A DNA stretch of 64,000 bases. Source: Amphiscolops sp. MND2022 (Eukaryota). The position numbers and the translations under genes are program-made. Below are positions 32,965 to 47,179 of this stretch, piece after piece. Where the stretch lies: positions 4,466,001 to 4,530,000 of the forward strand of contig OZ076409.1 of NCBI GenBank assembly GCA_964187785.1, read 5' to 3'. The notes under the pieces are model-generated. The model had not been told where the DNA came from. It was given only the letters and a program-made list of their open reading frames with translations, and ran no database searches. Numbering within the stretch: position 1 is the stretch's first letter; every line of letters starts with the position of its first letter.

Positions 32965-33931
32965 GTATCAGGTATTTTATTCGGCAGTGAGTATAAGCGC
33001 GAGATTTAAATTTCTCATGCTGCCGATGACAGTTTCTTCATTTCTCGTGCGATGAAACGAGCGAGTGTTAGTATGCATTCCTACGCCGAATTCATTGAGA
33101 TGAAGCAAATGAGTGTTAATTACTCGTTCGCCGAGAGCTTCGCTTGTGAATGCGAAACTTCGTGTACGCTTAGTATTTTAATTTTTTTTAGTCTGAGAAG
33201 AATTCAAACTGGTTGTGATTATTTATGCGCTATAGAATAAAGATTAAACAGGAGAGTATATATATTCCAGATATGCTTATTATTGAACATGAAAGCCTAA
33301 AGCAGAAATAATACTGTACCCCACAAGGGCCTATTTTCTTTTGAATAAAGTTGGTGAAATTAGACCAAAATTAGCGCAACACGGAAGCGTTAAATGCACT
33401 GATTTACAAGCCTAGTACACGGAAAACCTGATGTAAGAATCATCTCGAAAGTGCCACTTCAACTTTCCTGCCTGCCATTAATATTCCGAGCTCACCGTTG
33501 CATCAGTAAGGACGGTATCAAAGCTTCTTCAAATCCAGCAGTTATACGCTTTTTAGCTCTTTCCTTCCTTAGAACTAAATCAGAAACCTTCAGTTTTTGT
33601 TCTCAGGATAATTGTTTTGTATTCAGATACAAACTTTGTCCACACTTTCATTATGAAATCACTAATTTTTGATCAGAAAATCGACAATTTCACTTTTTGA
33701 GTCACAAAAAAACAGTTAGTTTTCAACGTGATCACAACCAGAATGCGTGACAAATGTTTTGTTGAAACGAAAAACTATTCCAATAGAAGTTTATTTCGAC
33801 CAGTTTGAAAATTAACTGTAAATTTTCTTCAAAAAATTTGGTTGGGGTTGACAGAAATCATCCCACTTTTTTGATGATTTCCTTTCTTAACCCCGCGCAT
33901 TCAACTTCCAGTGTTTTGTGGAGTTTTCTTC

Positions 33932-34564
33932 GGTTGGGCGACAATTCGTCCCAAGCGACAATTCGTCCCAAGCGACAATTCGTCCCAAGCGACAATTCGT
34001 CCCAAGCGACAATTCGTCCCAAGCGACAATTCGTCCCAAGCGTCAATTCGTCCCATTTTGAAAAGGCGACAATTCGTCCCATTTGTAAAAAGCGACAATT
34101 CTCCCAAATTGTTTAATTGATCAGCTAATTACCAACCTTTTGAAGGTTGAAACGAAAGAAATAATCAAAACAACTACAAATGAATTCATTCAACCACGTG
34201 ACAATAATTAGAAAATGTTGCATTTTAACGTACTAGTCGTGGAATACTAAAATTAATTGTTGGCACCTGCCTCTAATTGTAATCTTTCCTTATCATTCAT
34301 TATTACAAAGGTCTTTATTGGCAATTAAATTGGGGACAAATTGCAGCGTTTTATAATTGGGACGAATTGTCGCCTTTTGAAAATGGGACGAATTGTCGCT
34401 TTTTGGAATTTGGGACGAATTGTCGCTTGGGACGAATTGTCGCTTGGGACGAATTGTCGCTTTTTGGAATTTGGGACGAATTGTCGCTTTTTGGAATTTG
34501 GGACGAATTGTCGCTTTTTGGAATTTGGGACGAATTGTCGCTTGGGACGAATTGTCGCTTTACG
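33932..34564. mobile_element. Foldback/MULE-like element with inverted 17-bp arrays and 9-bp TSD
   Basis: gcgacaattcgtcccaa arrays on the left, ttgggacgaattgtcgc arrays on the right; gttttcttc at 33923-33931 and 34565-34573. Confidence 0.8.
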
Positions 34565-34599
34565 GTTTTCTTCCTATCGATTGATGGATGTTTTAATTA

Positions 34600-34783
34600 C
34601 AGTCGAACTCGGATAAAAGAAACACGGATAAAAGAAACATTCGGATATAAGAAACGTTTTCACTCCTTCGATTTTATGCAAGTCAAACTTTCTACGTTAA
34701 TTGGACAACTGATAAAAGAAACTATGGATAAAAGAAACCCTTTTCTCACCGCCTAATGAGTTTCTTTTATCCGAGTTTGACTG
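34600..34783. mobile_element. Tc1/pogo-type MITE
   Basis: TIR cagtcgaactcggataaaagaaac / gtttcttttatccgagtttgactg, TA flanks. Confidence 0.8.
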
Positions 34784-34802
34784 TATTTTGTTGGTGTTGC
34801 AG

Positions 34803-34931
34803 CTGGATTCTTCGTGCACCATTTTGAGCAGTGACCAAAGCGAGATCAACGTGTACGGCATTGAGTCGCTAGATGGCGCCATTTACGATCTGGACGACCG
34901 CGTGTGTGATGTCGCGGATGACAAGGAAACA
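34803..34931 (+). CDS. par-3: Par-3 exon 2
   Basis: ttgcag|LDSSCTILSSDQSEINVYGIESLDGAIYDLDDRVCDVADDKET|gtgagt; matches Par-3 DG.I.DLDD..CDVADDK. Confidence 0.93.
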
Positions 34932-35220
34932 GTGAGTATTAATTAATACGGGGATTGCTATTTTATTCACGAGTCCGCCGAAAATGATTTTGAGGCGAGC
35001 GGGAGTAACGTCTAAGGAATAACATCTAAATGCAAAACGAGAATAACACGTGTAAAGCCAAGTCATGGTCATTCCCTGTCTTAAAACATTGAATTTTAGA
35101 CGTTATTCCTTTAGACGTTATTCCCGAAACACTTTTAGACGTTATCCCCTAGATGTCATTCGCGTAACTAGATTTTTAATCCCCACGAGTCCGAAAGATT
35201 GTTGAGCTGTTTTATTTGCA

Positions 35221-35740
35221 TTTTTAGGGCGCGTTTTAAGGAAAAATGCCCGACTATAGCAGTGACCTTTTTTTTCTTCAGACTACAATCCTCACACTGA
35301 TCGGTCCACTTTTCTTACAATTCTTACAATCTTAAAATCTTACAATTCTTACTTAGCAAATTTAAATAAAATACTTTAAAAGCTTGCGAAGTAGTATTTT
35401 TACATCATCTAAGAAACTCAAAGGACCAAAGGGACTTAGAGTATTTTCGGCTCTGTGAGACTTTTTTTCGAAAAAAAAATTTTCCCAAAGGGTCCCCCCT
35501 TTCAGTTTTTTCGGCATTGTGAGACTTTTTTAAAAAAATTTTTTTCACCAAAAGTGCCCCTCCTTCATTTTTTTTTTATTTGCGACAGAATGGATGAAAA
35601 ATTTCAAAGTGTCGCCTCTGGTGTGCCAATTCGGTTCAACTTTTGGGTTTTTCCGGTACCGTAGAAGAGAATACTTGGAAGTCCTTTTGCTGTTTTTGAG
35701 CCTTAGAAATGGCGCCGACTTGGGCCGTTCCCGGCTTGTT
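35221..35740 (+). mobile_element. DINE-1/HINE-like family copy
   Basis: ttttagggcgcg...cccgacta start; ggcgccgacttgggccgttcccggcttgtt end. Confidence 0.6.
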
Positions 35741-36786
35741 CATTCATGTGTTTAAATAAAATTAACTATTTTGCGCGTCGAAAGAACGAGTCACATGGAA
35801 AATTGAATTGAAACAACTAGTAACAGAAACTCAAAACTGAAATGAACGTCGATCTTAAATGAATACTTTAGCGCAAATGAGACATGGCATTCCAATAATT
35901 TGTTCCGATTACCAAGTACCGAAGAGGTTTTCGCAAATTTAGTTTAAATTATTTCTCGGACTCGCAGGAATTAGAAATTTTCGGACTCGTGGTAAGACAC
36001 CAATCCGGGTAGTATATTTGAGGCCCGAAGCTAGTGTCATCTGGGGCCAGAAGTATTGAAACTGCAATAATGCATCTATTGTTAACTTTGATCTCTTTTA
36101 TTATTTTGTTACATCATGAAAAGAATCAGTTTTTTTTCGGGCCTCATGTTACTAGGATAGATTTTTCAGAGTTTTCCGATTACAGTATTTAATCATAAAC
36201 ATCACAGCATTTTCAAGGGCTCAATGCTTTACATGAAAATTGATTGGCCATTGCAATTGGCGGGGAATTGCAATTTTGATCTGAATTACTTTTTTTTCAT
36301 CTCTTTTCTTTTTTTTCCTCCATCAAATATCATGGATCTTCGTCATCAATGAAGTGCCATGTGTATCATCATGCTGGGGGAGAAGACACACACCCGTGGT
36401 CTGAATTACTGTTTTCATTTGTATTGAATACTATGCAATAATTAAAATGATCCTTTTTATAAACAAATCTTTTTCAAAAGAAAAAAATCACAACACTGGC
36501 TCAAGGTTAAGGACAAGTTTTGATGATAATTCTGAGGAAATTTCTCGCGGAAGAAAATTTCAACTTGTTGATAATGAGTTCACGAGAACAATCAAATATA
36601 AAACTGTAAACTTCTTGGGTTTGTTTCAATAAGAGCTTCACAAAAATGTTTGATTGGGGCAATCGTGAGGAAATTGATGGATTTTCATCAGTTTTTAAAC
36701 AAATCCTATTATTCACTGACTATCAGAAGTGATATAATTTCCAAAGTATCCAGCTAAACTGTGAAGATATTGGATATCAATCGGAC

Positions 36787-37191
36787 GGTGTCCGGACATT
36801 ACGCCCAAAGCGGACATTACGCCCAAACGTAAATTACGCACAAGGAAATTACGATAATTGAACTAAATACTCCGATACGCCGATTGCCTAAAATAAAAAT
36901 AGCCGATTTTGTCAATGCGTAAGATTAACAGTCAATAAAATTATTATTATAACGTAGTCAGCTATGCACACATACCCCTAGTGCCCTAAATGCAGGAGCG
37001 AAGCGAAGCGGAGCGACGTGCCATATGTCCATGCCTCAATGTTGCTACTTGGCGAAGGGAGCGAAGCGTCCGAGCCATTCAACAAATATGTAAACCTCTT
37101 CAAATAATAACCTGAAAATAATCACTGCTATTCGCTTTGAATAGCTTAATTTCCTTGGGCGTAATGTCTTTGGGCGTATTGTCCTAGAACC
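36787..37191. mobile_element. MULE-like MITE with 9-bp TSD
   Basis: ggtgtccggacattacgcccaa / ttgggcgtattgtcctagaacc; caatcggac at 36778-36786 and 37192-37200. Confidence 0.75.
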
Positions 37192-38013
37192 CAATCGGAC
37201 ATTTTTATTTGCCAACCTTACGTTATTGACAAAATTATCTTGGGTTGACTTGCAACCAGAGTTTGGACACCGCTAAATAGCATGACTGACCTTTTTAGCG
37301 ATTCCATTAGCGATTCAAAATAGCGGCAACTAATAAAATGTCCAAAATACAATTTTGCCGAAGGTATATAAATGAATTTCGAAAAATTCCACCTCTTATC
37401 TTGGAAAAACTCACTCAGTGATATAAATTCAATTTTTTTCTCAGAAACAAAAAAAACTGAATTCAGTTATCAATTTTGAAAGAAACTTGGAGTCAAGCAT
37501 TTAATAGTTTGAAGAAAAACTTTTTCAGCGAAAAAATCAGCAATGTCAAAACCCTGCTTGCAACCTTCTGAGTTGGCGCTTTTCTCTTAACATGTTTGCC
37601 TTGTTTGCTGTTTTCTACTTTTTTGCGATTAAACTCATAAACACCGAAATCATCTTTAATTAGAAATTTCCAGTGCAAAATGTTTTAGTTTTTGTTGTTT
37701 CTGTTTTTAGTCGGCGCTTTTCTAGTGAAAAGTGCCCAACTGTTACAGTGGCTAGTTTGCTTTCGTCAGGCCACTTTTTGTGCATTATACCCTTTTACCA
37801 TAAGACTTAGTACTTCATTTTGAACGTATCCAAATCTTCTAACATGAAGTACAAAACCATTCCAAGGCAGAAGCGTCCCCTTTCAGTTTTTTCGGCACTC
37901 TGAGACTTTCCCCCTTTTTTGGCCTTGAGGTTTTTTCGAAGATTTTTCGGCACTGAGACTTTTTTGGTAAGTTTTTTATTGCCCCCTCCAATTTTTGTTT
38001 TCTCTTTTCCCAG

Positions 38014-38167
38014 CTGGTGGCCTTATTCCACGAGAATGTGAATGCAGTGGGGGATTGTGCCAGTTCTGCGGACGGGGGCAACAGCAGTGAACACTTCACG
38101 TCCTCTCTCACAAACACGCAAGACATCCCCAACACCACCCACAGGCTCTCCTCTTACAGCCAGCCAG
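38014..38167 (+). CDS. par-3: Par-3 exon 3
   Basis: tttcccag|LVALFHENVNAVGDCASSADGG...SQP|gttaat; LVA.F.E completes the N-terminal domain; ends in phase 1. Confidence 0.88.
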
Positions 38168-40027
38168 GTTAATATTACCTCATCCAACATTACTACGAAC
38201 AGTGCTTTGAGTAGCCAGGTGTTTATAGCCGAACACGTTTAAAGCCGAAAACTGTTATACAGTTGAATCCGCACCAATTCGTATCGCTAAGGACCGAATA
38301 AAATTGTACGAATAATGAGGAATTTAAACAGATTTATTCCAATTAATCGAAGATCCTAATTATCCGGATACGAATAACCGGAGTTGACTGTACACACATT
38401 TAAGTTTGAAGAAAAACTTTTCAGCGAAATAGCGATTTTGAAATTAGCGAGTAGCGAAGAAAATACAGATTTCAAAACTGATTTTATCCGTAATCCTTTA
38501 GATTGGAATCAATTAATTAAGAGATCCTAATTAAGAAGAATTCACGAAGTCTGCCGTGTTCCTAAACTTCTATGCAAAATTGGATCTTAGAATAAAAATT
38601 CCCTCAAAAATGTTTCTCGGAAAAGTCTCATAGTGCTGAAAAAGGAGCTTAAGCTCACGAAATGTTTTTTGCAAGTCGAGTGAAGAGGGTACCATTTGAT
38701 CAAATAATTTTTTTTCGGAAAAAAGTTGCAGAACGAAAAAAAAACAAATGTGGGCCCTTTGGTCTCATAGGAATTAAACCAAGATCCGAATTATCAGGAT
38801 AAGAATTAACCGGAGTTGACTGTAGCAGAATATGATTGAATTCTCAACTGTAATTGGCCAAACCACTTGAGAAAGAAGCTTCAGTTTCGTAACTATTATG
38901 TAACAATTACATGTAGTCAGAAAAATGAAAGTTGATGCAAATAGATTCGGTTAAAATTACAAAGAATTTGCATTCATTGACATTCATTTACTTTGACCAG
39001 GTGCAAAGTTACATAATAGTTTCATCACTTAAATCTCTCACTCGAACGGAGCGACCAATTGCAAGTGAGAATTCAATTCGTTTCTGTTATATATTGTTTC
39101 TGGGAACCGTTCAATTGGATGACCGCTCAGTTAGACGACTGTTCAATTGATCGATTTTGCACGCATTCCATTCTCAGTTCCGCTCACAACTTGTAATGAT
39201 TACGTAATCGGAGTCTGTCAGCGAAGATGAATCAACCAATAATATTTTAGAAACAGCTGATAGTCTTCCAATTGATCAATCGGTTAGTTGAGCGGTTGTC
39301 CAATTGAGCTAGACTCACTCCCTATCACCGTTCTATTGGTCGACGACTGCTCAGCTAGACGACTATTCTTCAAATGATCGATTTTGCATGCGGTGCTAGG
39401 TCAATTGGCCGACGGCGCTATTGGATGACTGTGCAATTGGCCGACAAAATAATTTCAGAATAGCGGAAATAGACCCAAAAGTTTTTAAATGGAAAGAAAG
39501 AAATTAGGTTTCGGTAGAGATCACGGAATAAAACTAGTCTTGATTCAAAATCATTTCACTTGAAAAAGTAATGTTTGATGCTCGTAACTTTTGAATTGAC
39601 GCGAATCATTGTTGCATATTAAAATTGAGAAAATTTTACGTAATGATTACGTAATTTGAGCATGTCTGCGATGCTCGCCCAACCAATATTTTTTAGAAAC
39701 AGCTCATTGTCTTCCAATTGATCAATCGGCTAGCTGAGTGGTGGCCCAACTGAGCTAGACTCCATTCTAAGTTTCAAGGTTGTTGACATTTGACCGGCTG
39801 GAAAATTTGACCGGTGACAAAAATGACTAGACTATTATGGAATTACCTTTGGGATGATGGAATTTTATAATTGGAAAATACTCTAATAATTTTACCCACT
39901 GAAACTGTTCATGAGAACCTTTCCGTCGTGTTTCGAAGTTTTTTTGTGAGAATAGATGATGGACGGAAAAAAGCAAATCGGGGAAAAGCCAGTAATTTTT
40001 ATCGAGCCTTTTCTGCACATCAATTGA

Positions 40028-40644
40028 TTTTTAGTCGGCGCTTCATGAAGTGAAACGCGACTATTATAGTGACTCTTTTTTTTCTATCCACACGAACTGA
40101 CCAAAATAGTTCTACAAAAGTTCTACAAAATATTATTGCATCAAAATGCACTATTTGGTCTAGCGAACTGAACCAAAAAGGTTTTTCCTGTTTTTCCGCG
40201 TAACAAACCATACCGGGCGAGACCAAAGACTCCCCCTTTCATTTTTTCGGCACTGCGAGACTTTTTTTTCGAAAAAAATTTTTTCCCCAAAGAGTCCCCC
40301 CTGCATTTTTTTGTTTGATGTTTTGCGACAGAATGGATGTTGAAAAATCCCAAAGGGTCCCCCCTTTCAGTTTTTTTCGGCATTGTGAGATTTTTTCCCG
40401 AAAATGAAAATTTTTGTTTTCTTCAATTTTTTCATGTTTTGCGACAGAATGGATGTTGAAAAACCTCAAAGGGTCCTCCCTTTCAGTTTTTTGGCATTGT
40501 GAGACTTTAGCGCGCCACTCGGTCCATTTTTTTTGAGTATGTAATTTTTTCGAAGTACTGTAAAAGAGTACTTGACACTTGGAAGTCGTTTTGCTATTTT
40601 TGAGCCTTGGATATGGCGCCGACTTGGGCCGGTCCCGGCTTGTT
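40028..40644 (+). mobile_element. DINE-1/HINE-like family, full-length copy
   Basis: ttttagtcggcgcttcatgaagtgaaacgcgacta ... internal tandem repeats ... ggcgccgacttgggccggtcccggcttgtt. Confidence 0.65.
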
Positions 40645-43600
40645 TGTTTTCTTGTAGACATACATACTTTCCCGTTCATAAAGGCAATCGCCTTTGTACA
40701 AACACGAAACTCTTGACCATGGTATAACTCGGATCGTGGAAATTTTTTGAAAATCTGAATATTGCCTAGAAATAATGCCATGTTGCGCATCACATTTAAA
40801 ACCTATAATAATTTTCGTTGAAAAAATCACTTCTATTGCGGGAATTATGTCTATTCTGGTAAAACTGATGTTGTCTGAAACGTCCAATGTTTGAAACCTA
40901 ACCGAGCAACTGGTGTTGGAGAAAACAAACTCTGAAATAAAAATCGTTTAAAGCGGATTGAAAGTAATATTGAAAACTAGTCCTCAGAATTAATGTATAA
41001 ATATCTTTGTCAAAATTAGCCGCTAAAGCAGTAGTGGCACGTCGCTCCGTCTCGATGATGTGTTCAGGGTCCTTGAGGTATTGAGGCATGTGCCAATGAC
41101 AATTGCATTCCTTGAGCACTGCTTCCGCTTCAACGTTTTGGACTTTATTTACTGTCGATTGTTTTGTTTGGAAGTTGTATGTAACAACTCCGTTACATGC
41201 TTGGAATAAATCAGCAAAAGGCTAAGGTTTGAAGCCAGGCCCCCAAGATACCTTTCTTTGAATGTGAATCTTTCCTCTTTGTATATTATCTGAAACTAGT
41301 TTCTCGTAGCTTCAAGACGTATTCTGCTTCCAGCGCTTTGACAACCTACATTCACAGCCTTGTAATGCGTTTCGATTTTGTGGACATTCTTTGTATACTG
41401 TTGTACAGACACTTGTGTATTATTAAACAATTATGCGCTTCGGTTTAATTGTTTCTCGAATGTTTCGTCAATTGTTAGTCCAGAAACTTCAAATATTTTC
41501 AAAATTATTCGGCTGGATATTCGAGCAAAACTTTCTTTAATGCCAGTCAGTCAATTGAGTCCAAACGCCTCAAGTCATTGTGGTGAACACTTTGTGTTAA
41601 ATTTGAGATACGTTTTTTTGTGATTAAAACTTTGATTATATTACCTTATTCCTTAATCTTTGAAAAGCTTTTTCCTTATTCTTTTACTATTTACAATCGT
41701 ACAAATGTTCCGAACTGAGTCAATCCGCTGAAATGAAAATATATTTTCAGTCTCCACCGCAGTAGAACCAAAGTATTGATAATTTTTGATAATAATGAAA
41801 GATAGAATTTGATTTAATTTTTCACGCTTCTTTTGTTTGTACGCTTCTTGAACACATCGAAAAGTCAAGTGGCAAAACTTTGAAGTATTTTGAAATTGAT
41901 TTTGATCATTCTCGAAGGCCTAGTAAGAAAGAATGCTTGCCCTGACAAGTTGAGTCAATCAAATAACGTTGCAGCTATTTCTACCGTTACTGAACCCTTG
42001 AACTGAGGAGTTTGCTTTTGAACTTGTTAATATGTTTTGATCCGGCAAGCACACTTATTCAATTTGTTTGTCAAACCTTATAAGTGACGTATTCAACAAT
42101 TTATTGGTTATAATAATTGGGGGCCTATTCATACAGCAGAAAATGAATATTCGGTCCCATACAGCAGAATTCAAATTACTAGCTTTTAGTGTTGTTACAG
42201 CCAGTATGTTGAAACTTGATTTATTTGAAAAGGTTTGCATATTTGTTGTATGGCTCGGTCGCTTCGCTGCCTTCGCCAAGAAGCAACATTGAGGCATGGC
42301 CATATGGCACGTCGCTCCGGTTCGCTTCGCTCCTGCATTTAGGGCACTAGGGGTATGTGAACATATCTGACTACGTTATAATAATAATTCCGACAAAATC
42401 TGACACGCGTTTTCAGCTTAATGAATTCAATTCGATTTGAATTTTCAGCCAATCAGATTGCAGCATAAAGAAATATTCTGCTGAATGGGACCGAATTTTC
42501 TTTTTCTGCTGTATGAGACTTCTGCTGTGTGGGAATTCCCCAATAATTGTTACAATCCAGTGTTTCAAGGATTGATGTTATACGAGTCCTGTGATGAAAG
42601 ATTTCACATCGCCAAATTTAGCCGTTGCTTACTCAAGGTGAAGATTTCATGAGGAATTTCTTTGGGTCTCCGAAACCGATGTCGAATTTTGTCGACAGTG
42701 AACTTTCGGAAAAAAAGTTGATTTGGAAATATGCTGTAGCTATATATTTATTTATACCTAAGCGCAATGAACCCCTAGTGTCCTAGGAAAAATTGTCAAC
42801 TTCACACCCAGTGTTGATCGTTTAAATGATTTTTAAACGCTGAACAAGCGTTTAAACGCTGATGAAAAATATAAACTGTTTAAACGCTCGCCAAGAAACG
42901 CGGGCAAAAGATTTTAAATTAATCAAATTGAATTTCATAATTAATTTGATCAATTTATAGCAAAATCAATTGGTTTTTTATGGTATCCATTGACAACCTG
43001 CAACGGCGTCCCTCTGAGAGTAACGCTGCCCGAGAAAAATTTTCCCCACAGAATGCCGGCGACGGTAAAATTCTTAAAATAATTCCCAAAATTCCGAATG
43101 TTAAATTCAGAATTTCAAGACAATTCGGAGAATTAACCAGTGTTTAAACGCTGAGCGTTTAAACGCTACCCACTTTAAATTTCTTTAAACACTCGAAATC
43201 GTTTAAACACCGTTTAAACGGCGTTTAAACGACGGTTAAAAATAATCAACACTTCACAACGTTTCATGGTCTTAATCAACATTCACCAATGGAATTCAAT
43301 GACGAGGTTTGAACAATGTCCTGATTTATCCCCTCATATACTTTACCATAGTGGGTTTTCGCACGTAAGGACTACATTTGGGGAGCCATTTTTAAATATA
43401 TAATTTGCGATAATCTAGCCTGTAGAACGGTGCCTTTTAGTTGGCGCTTTATGAATAAAAAACGCGACTCTTTTTGCGTCCTTTCATCGGTTTTATGTCG
43501 ATCCGGTCGAAGTGACCAGGAAAATTTTACGAAACTATTTGCGAGCCTTGAATTTGAAGGGTTAATGATTCAAATGGCCCCTTTTTCTTTTTTTTAGAAA

Positions 43601-43923
43601 ATTTCAGTTTCGTAAAATCACAACGCTATATTTGTGTTTTTTTCAGCACAGTGTGACTTTTTTGAATTTTTCTTCTAACCAAAGGGTTCTCGCTTCGATT
43701 TTCAAAATTTTTCTGGTAGAAAAAATTCTTCAAGCCCAAAGGGCCCTTTTGAATATTGTTCGGCACTGTGAGATTTTGAGAACTTTCAAGTACACATTGA
43801 AGTGCTTTGTGCTTTTTGGGCCTTAAACGGCGCCGATTTCAGTTGTTCCGGTTTTGTCAAATCTTTATTGAATAACAGCATCTTGGTGGAGGTTACTTTG
43901 TAGAGGAATGGTACCTGTTTCAG

Positions 43924-44059
43924 ACACCCATCAGTACTCGGAAGTGTTTCGCGCCAAAAGTGAGGACATTTTGAACAAACCCAACTCTGGCTTGTCTTCA
44001 CTGAACGAATCGTCGGCCTGTGACGTCACTGTAGACAAGAGCAGTCCCTCGCAGAACCA
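43924..44059 (+). CDS. par-3: Par-3 exon 4
   Basis: tttcag|(D)THQYSEVFRAKSEDIL...SPSQN|gtgatg; phase 1 in, phase 2 out, consistent with both neighbours; no recognised homology. Confidence 0.7.
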
Positions 44060-44637
44060 GTGATGACCATTCATGTATCATAGAAAAGCTGAGAGAAATA
44101 TGGGAGCGCTTCTAAAAAACACTAATCTCCGAATTTAAAAATGGAATGAACAGACACATTCATCCATAAAAACGATAGTATAAAACTGTAATAAATTAAA
44201 AGTAGTAATATTAGGACTAACAATAACAACGATTGAATATTATAAACGCACAATAATGATTCAGTTTTTAAAATCTGCGGCTTTGGGCCGTGCAGTGTTC
44301 AGATGACCTAATTATGAAGTTCCGGTTTCCTGTTTTTTTTTGCACTGGAATTGTCTGCATCTTCAAAAAAGTTAGTGATTTTTTAAAAAGATTTTTGCAA
44401 ATTTTTGACAGTGCTTGGAATGATATAACTTCCAGAAAAACTTTGGTAAAGTGAAAAAAACTGGGTAAAGAAAAAGATTTTTTTTTGGTTCAAATAGGGG
44501 AATGGAAGTGGAACATAGGAAGTATTTTGTGATGAAATATCAATGACAACTTCTGCGTTCACGACAAACATATTTTCAGTTCAACTACTAAACTATTGAG
44601 TTTGAACTTGGAATTATCGGCACAAAAATCTGATGAT

Positions 44638-45137
44638 TTTATTCGGCGCATTTTAGTAGAAAATGATCCAGACTCTTTCAGTGGGTAGTTTTTTAGACAC
44701 GTAAGGTCCATTTTATTATTTGTTCAACAACATCAACTTGAACTGCGGACGTCCAAAACATACTAGAAACGCCAAAACCTCGTCCAAAACGAAAATATTG
44801 ACGTCCCGAACCTAGAAAACAGAAAACATACTAAGGAGCCTTTGGTTTTTTTCACTTGGATTTTTTTCGGCACTATGCGACTTTTTTTGTCTCCCTTCAT
44901 TTGTTTCGATATTTTGCAACGCAATGGATGTCAAAATAACCAAAAGTGTCCCCCTTTTACATTTTTCGGCACTGTGACACTGTTCAAAAACCTCATTTTT
45001 GAAATTTTTTTCGAACTCTCTCTTTGATTTTTTTTTCATATTTTGCAACCAACTGGAGGTTCATGAAGCACAAAGAGTCCCCCTTTTACAATTTGAGCCC
45101 TTGATATAGCACAGACTTTGGCCGTTCCCGCCTTGTT
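44638..45137 (+). mobile_element. DINE-1/HINE-like family copy (similar to 54662-55191)
   Basis: tcggcgcattttagtagaaaatg start; ggccgttcccgccttgtt end. Confidence 0.55.
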
Positions 45138-45218
45138 GTAATTTTCCATCTCCTACGGCACATTTTTTGTGATGACGTAATCCAGTAATACATGATCATC
45201 CCTGTGTTGGCTGTGCAG

Positions 45219-45441
45219 ACACAACCACTCGTTGGATTACATTCTGCACGATTCGATAGACCCCAGTCCCATGCTGCCCCCCAAGTACGGCGGGGGTATC
45301 CTGAGGGGGGATAGAGTGGGAACAGGTGCCAACAAACAGCAACAGTCGCATGCACAGATACCCTTATCCCGCACAGATGGAGATCTGCACAGGTTGAATA
45401 TATCCGCCAATTCTGCTGCACCCAGCAGTGGGCCCCTCAAA
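45219..45441 (+). CDS. par-3: Par-3 exon 5
   Basis: gtgcag|(Q)HNHSLDYILHDSIDPSPML...LSRTDGDL...GPLK|gttaga; phases fit. Confidence 0.75.
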
Positions 45442-45673
45442 GTTAGATTGAATTTTGTTCCTCTTTCAGCAGTCGGAAAAATTTCGACTACTTATGCAAT
45501 CGTACCTTTTTTCCTCCAAAAATTCTTCAAATTCGAATTTCTCAAAAACTGTCCATACAATTTTTTAAAATAAATTTTAGCACCCTCGTTCATCACCACC
45601 GTATTAGGGTTCTATGTGTGCAATGGCATCAAAATAGTGTCACTGGGATCTGAGAAAGATAGTAGGGAGTTTG

Positions 45674-46054
45674 TTTTTAGTCGGCGCTTCATGAAGTGAA
45701 ACGCGACTATTATAGTGACTTTTTTTCTATCCACACGAACTGACCAAAAAATAGTTCTTAAAAGTTCTACCAAATATTATGGTGTCAAGTTGTACCATTT
45801 GGCCTAGCGAACTGGACCAAAAAGGTTTTCCCTGTTTTTCCGCGTAACATACCATACCGGGCAACACCAAAGGGCCCCCCTTTCAGTTTTTTTCGGCATT
45901 GTGAGACTTTTAAAAAAAAATTTTCTCCAAGTGTCCCCCTTCAATTTCTTTGATATTTGATATTTTGCAACAGAATGTGTTAGTTTTTCAAAAATAATGT
46001 TTTGCGCTTTCTGAGCCTTAGATATAGCGCCGACTTTAGACGTTCTCGTCTTGT
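45674..46054 (+). mobile_element. DINE-1/HINE-like family copy
   Basis: ttttagtcggcgcttcatgaagtgaaacgcgacta ... gcgccgactttagacgttctcgtcttgtt. Confidence 0.65.
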
Positions 46055-47179
46055 TCTATATTTAAATCTGTTTCCGACTCCTTTACCGCACATGCGGCTC
46101 TGGTTCAAAAATTCAAAAAGCCTTGTTCAAAGACATCGGTCTAGTTCTTAAGGGTACATGGATCCGCATTTTGACCGAAATTCCCCTATGTTACTAATTT
46201 CAAATGTCCAAAAATGTAATTCTTGAAAGTTAATGAAAATAATGGTGGTCATTTATCATGTCACATACTTTTGGAGATGAATTTCAAAATTCTTATTCGA
46301 GAAATAAACGTATTTGTTTCTAGTCCTGGATTAATCTTTCTCGTCGCTTCCAGAACTTTTTATGCATCAATCGCTGCTCGTGTCTTCAGGAAAAGCAAAA
46401 TGTTCCTGTTGAACTAAAATTCATTCTCAACATTCATTCATCATCAAAACTACTTTATGTTAAAAAGTATAGACCATGTTTCTTATTTTCCCTCAGGTAC
46501 ACATTATTTCTTATTCCCCCAACACGAAAAAACTTTTACGCTTGAAAAAAAATTCTTGAGCGAATAGAAGAAATTGACATGGCTATTAGTACTTAGAGGA
46601 TTGTTTCAACATTTGTATGAAAAAATTATCGGAACTTTTTGATATTTTTCGGACAAAAAAGCAAAATTCACCCCTGGAACAAGCTAAATTATTATTATTA
46701 TTTCTGCGATATCAGGAATAATATTGAAATCTGAATTATGCAACTTTTTTAAGTTCATTTTTCGTCGTGATTCCGAGTACCTACTGAAAAAAAAATCAGA
46801 TAAAGGCTGTGTCAACTGGTAGAGTGATTAATTGTGCGCAATATAAATGATTAAGATATGCTTCTATCATTGAACATGAACGTCTGAAAGCAGAAATAAT
46901 ACTGTGTTCCGCAGGGGCCCATTTTAGGAAAGCCTCTATTTCATCGCAAAATTTCGACATAAATAAAAAATGAGCAACTTTTAACTGAATCAATGTAAAG
47001 GGTTGGATTATGTCGACATCAATGATTTCATTGGACCAAAATTTCAGCGCAAACCATGTGGACATAATGGTATTTGAACCTTGTTTCATATTTTCGCCCA
47101 CGAGAGGATAAGAAACATGGCCCAAAAGTATGATTGAACCCTGTGTGCAACATTTTGTAGTTGTTTTTTCTTTTCACAG

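Noticed and set aside
33932..34564. CRISPR-like repeat array
   Set aside because: No unique spacers; arrays are inverted with a 9-bp TSD in eukaryotic intron DNA, so a transposon.
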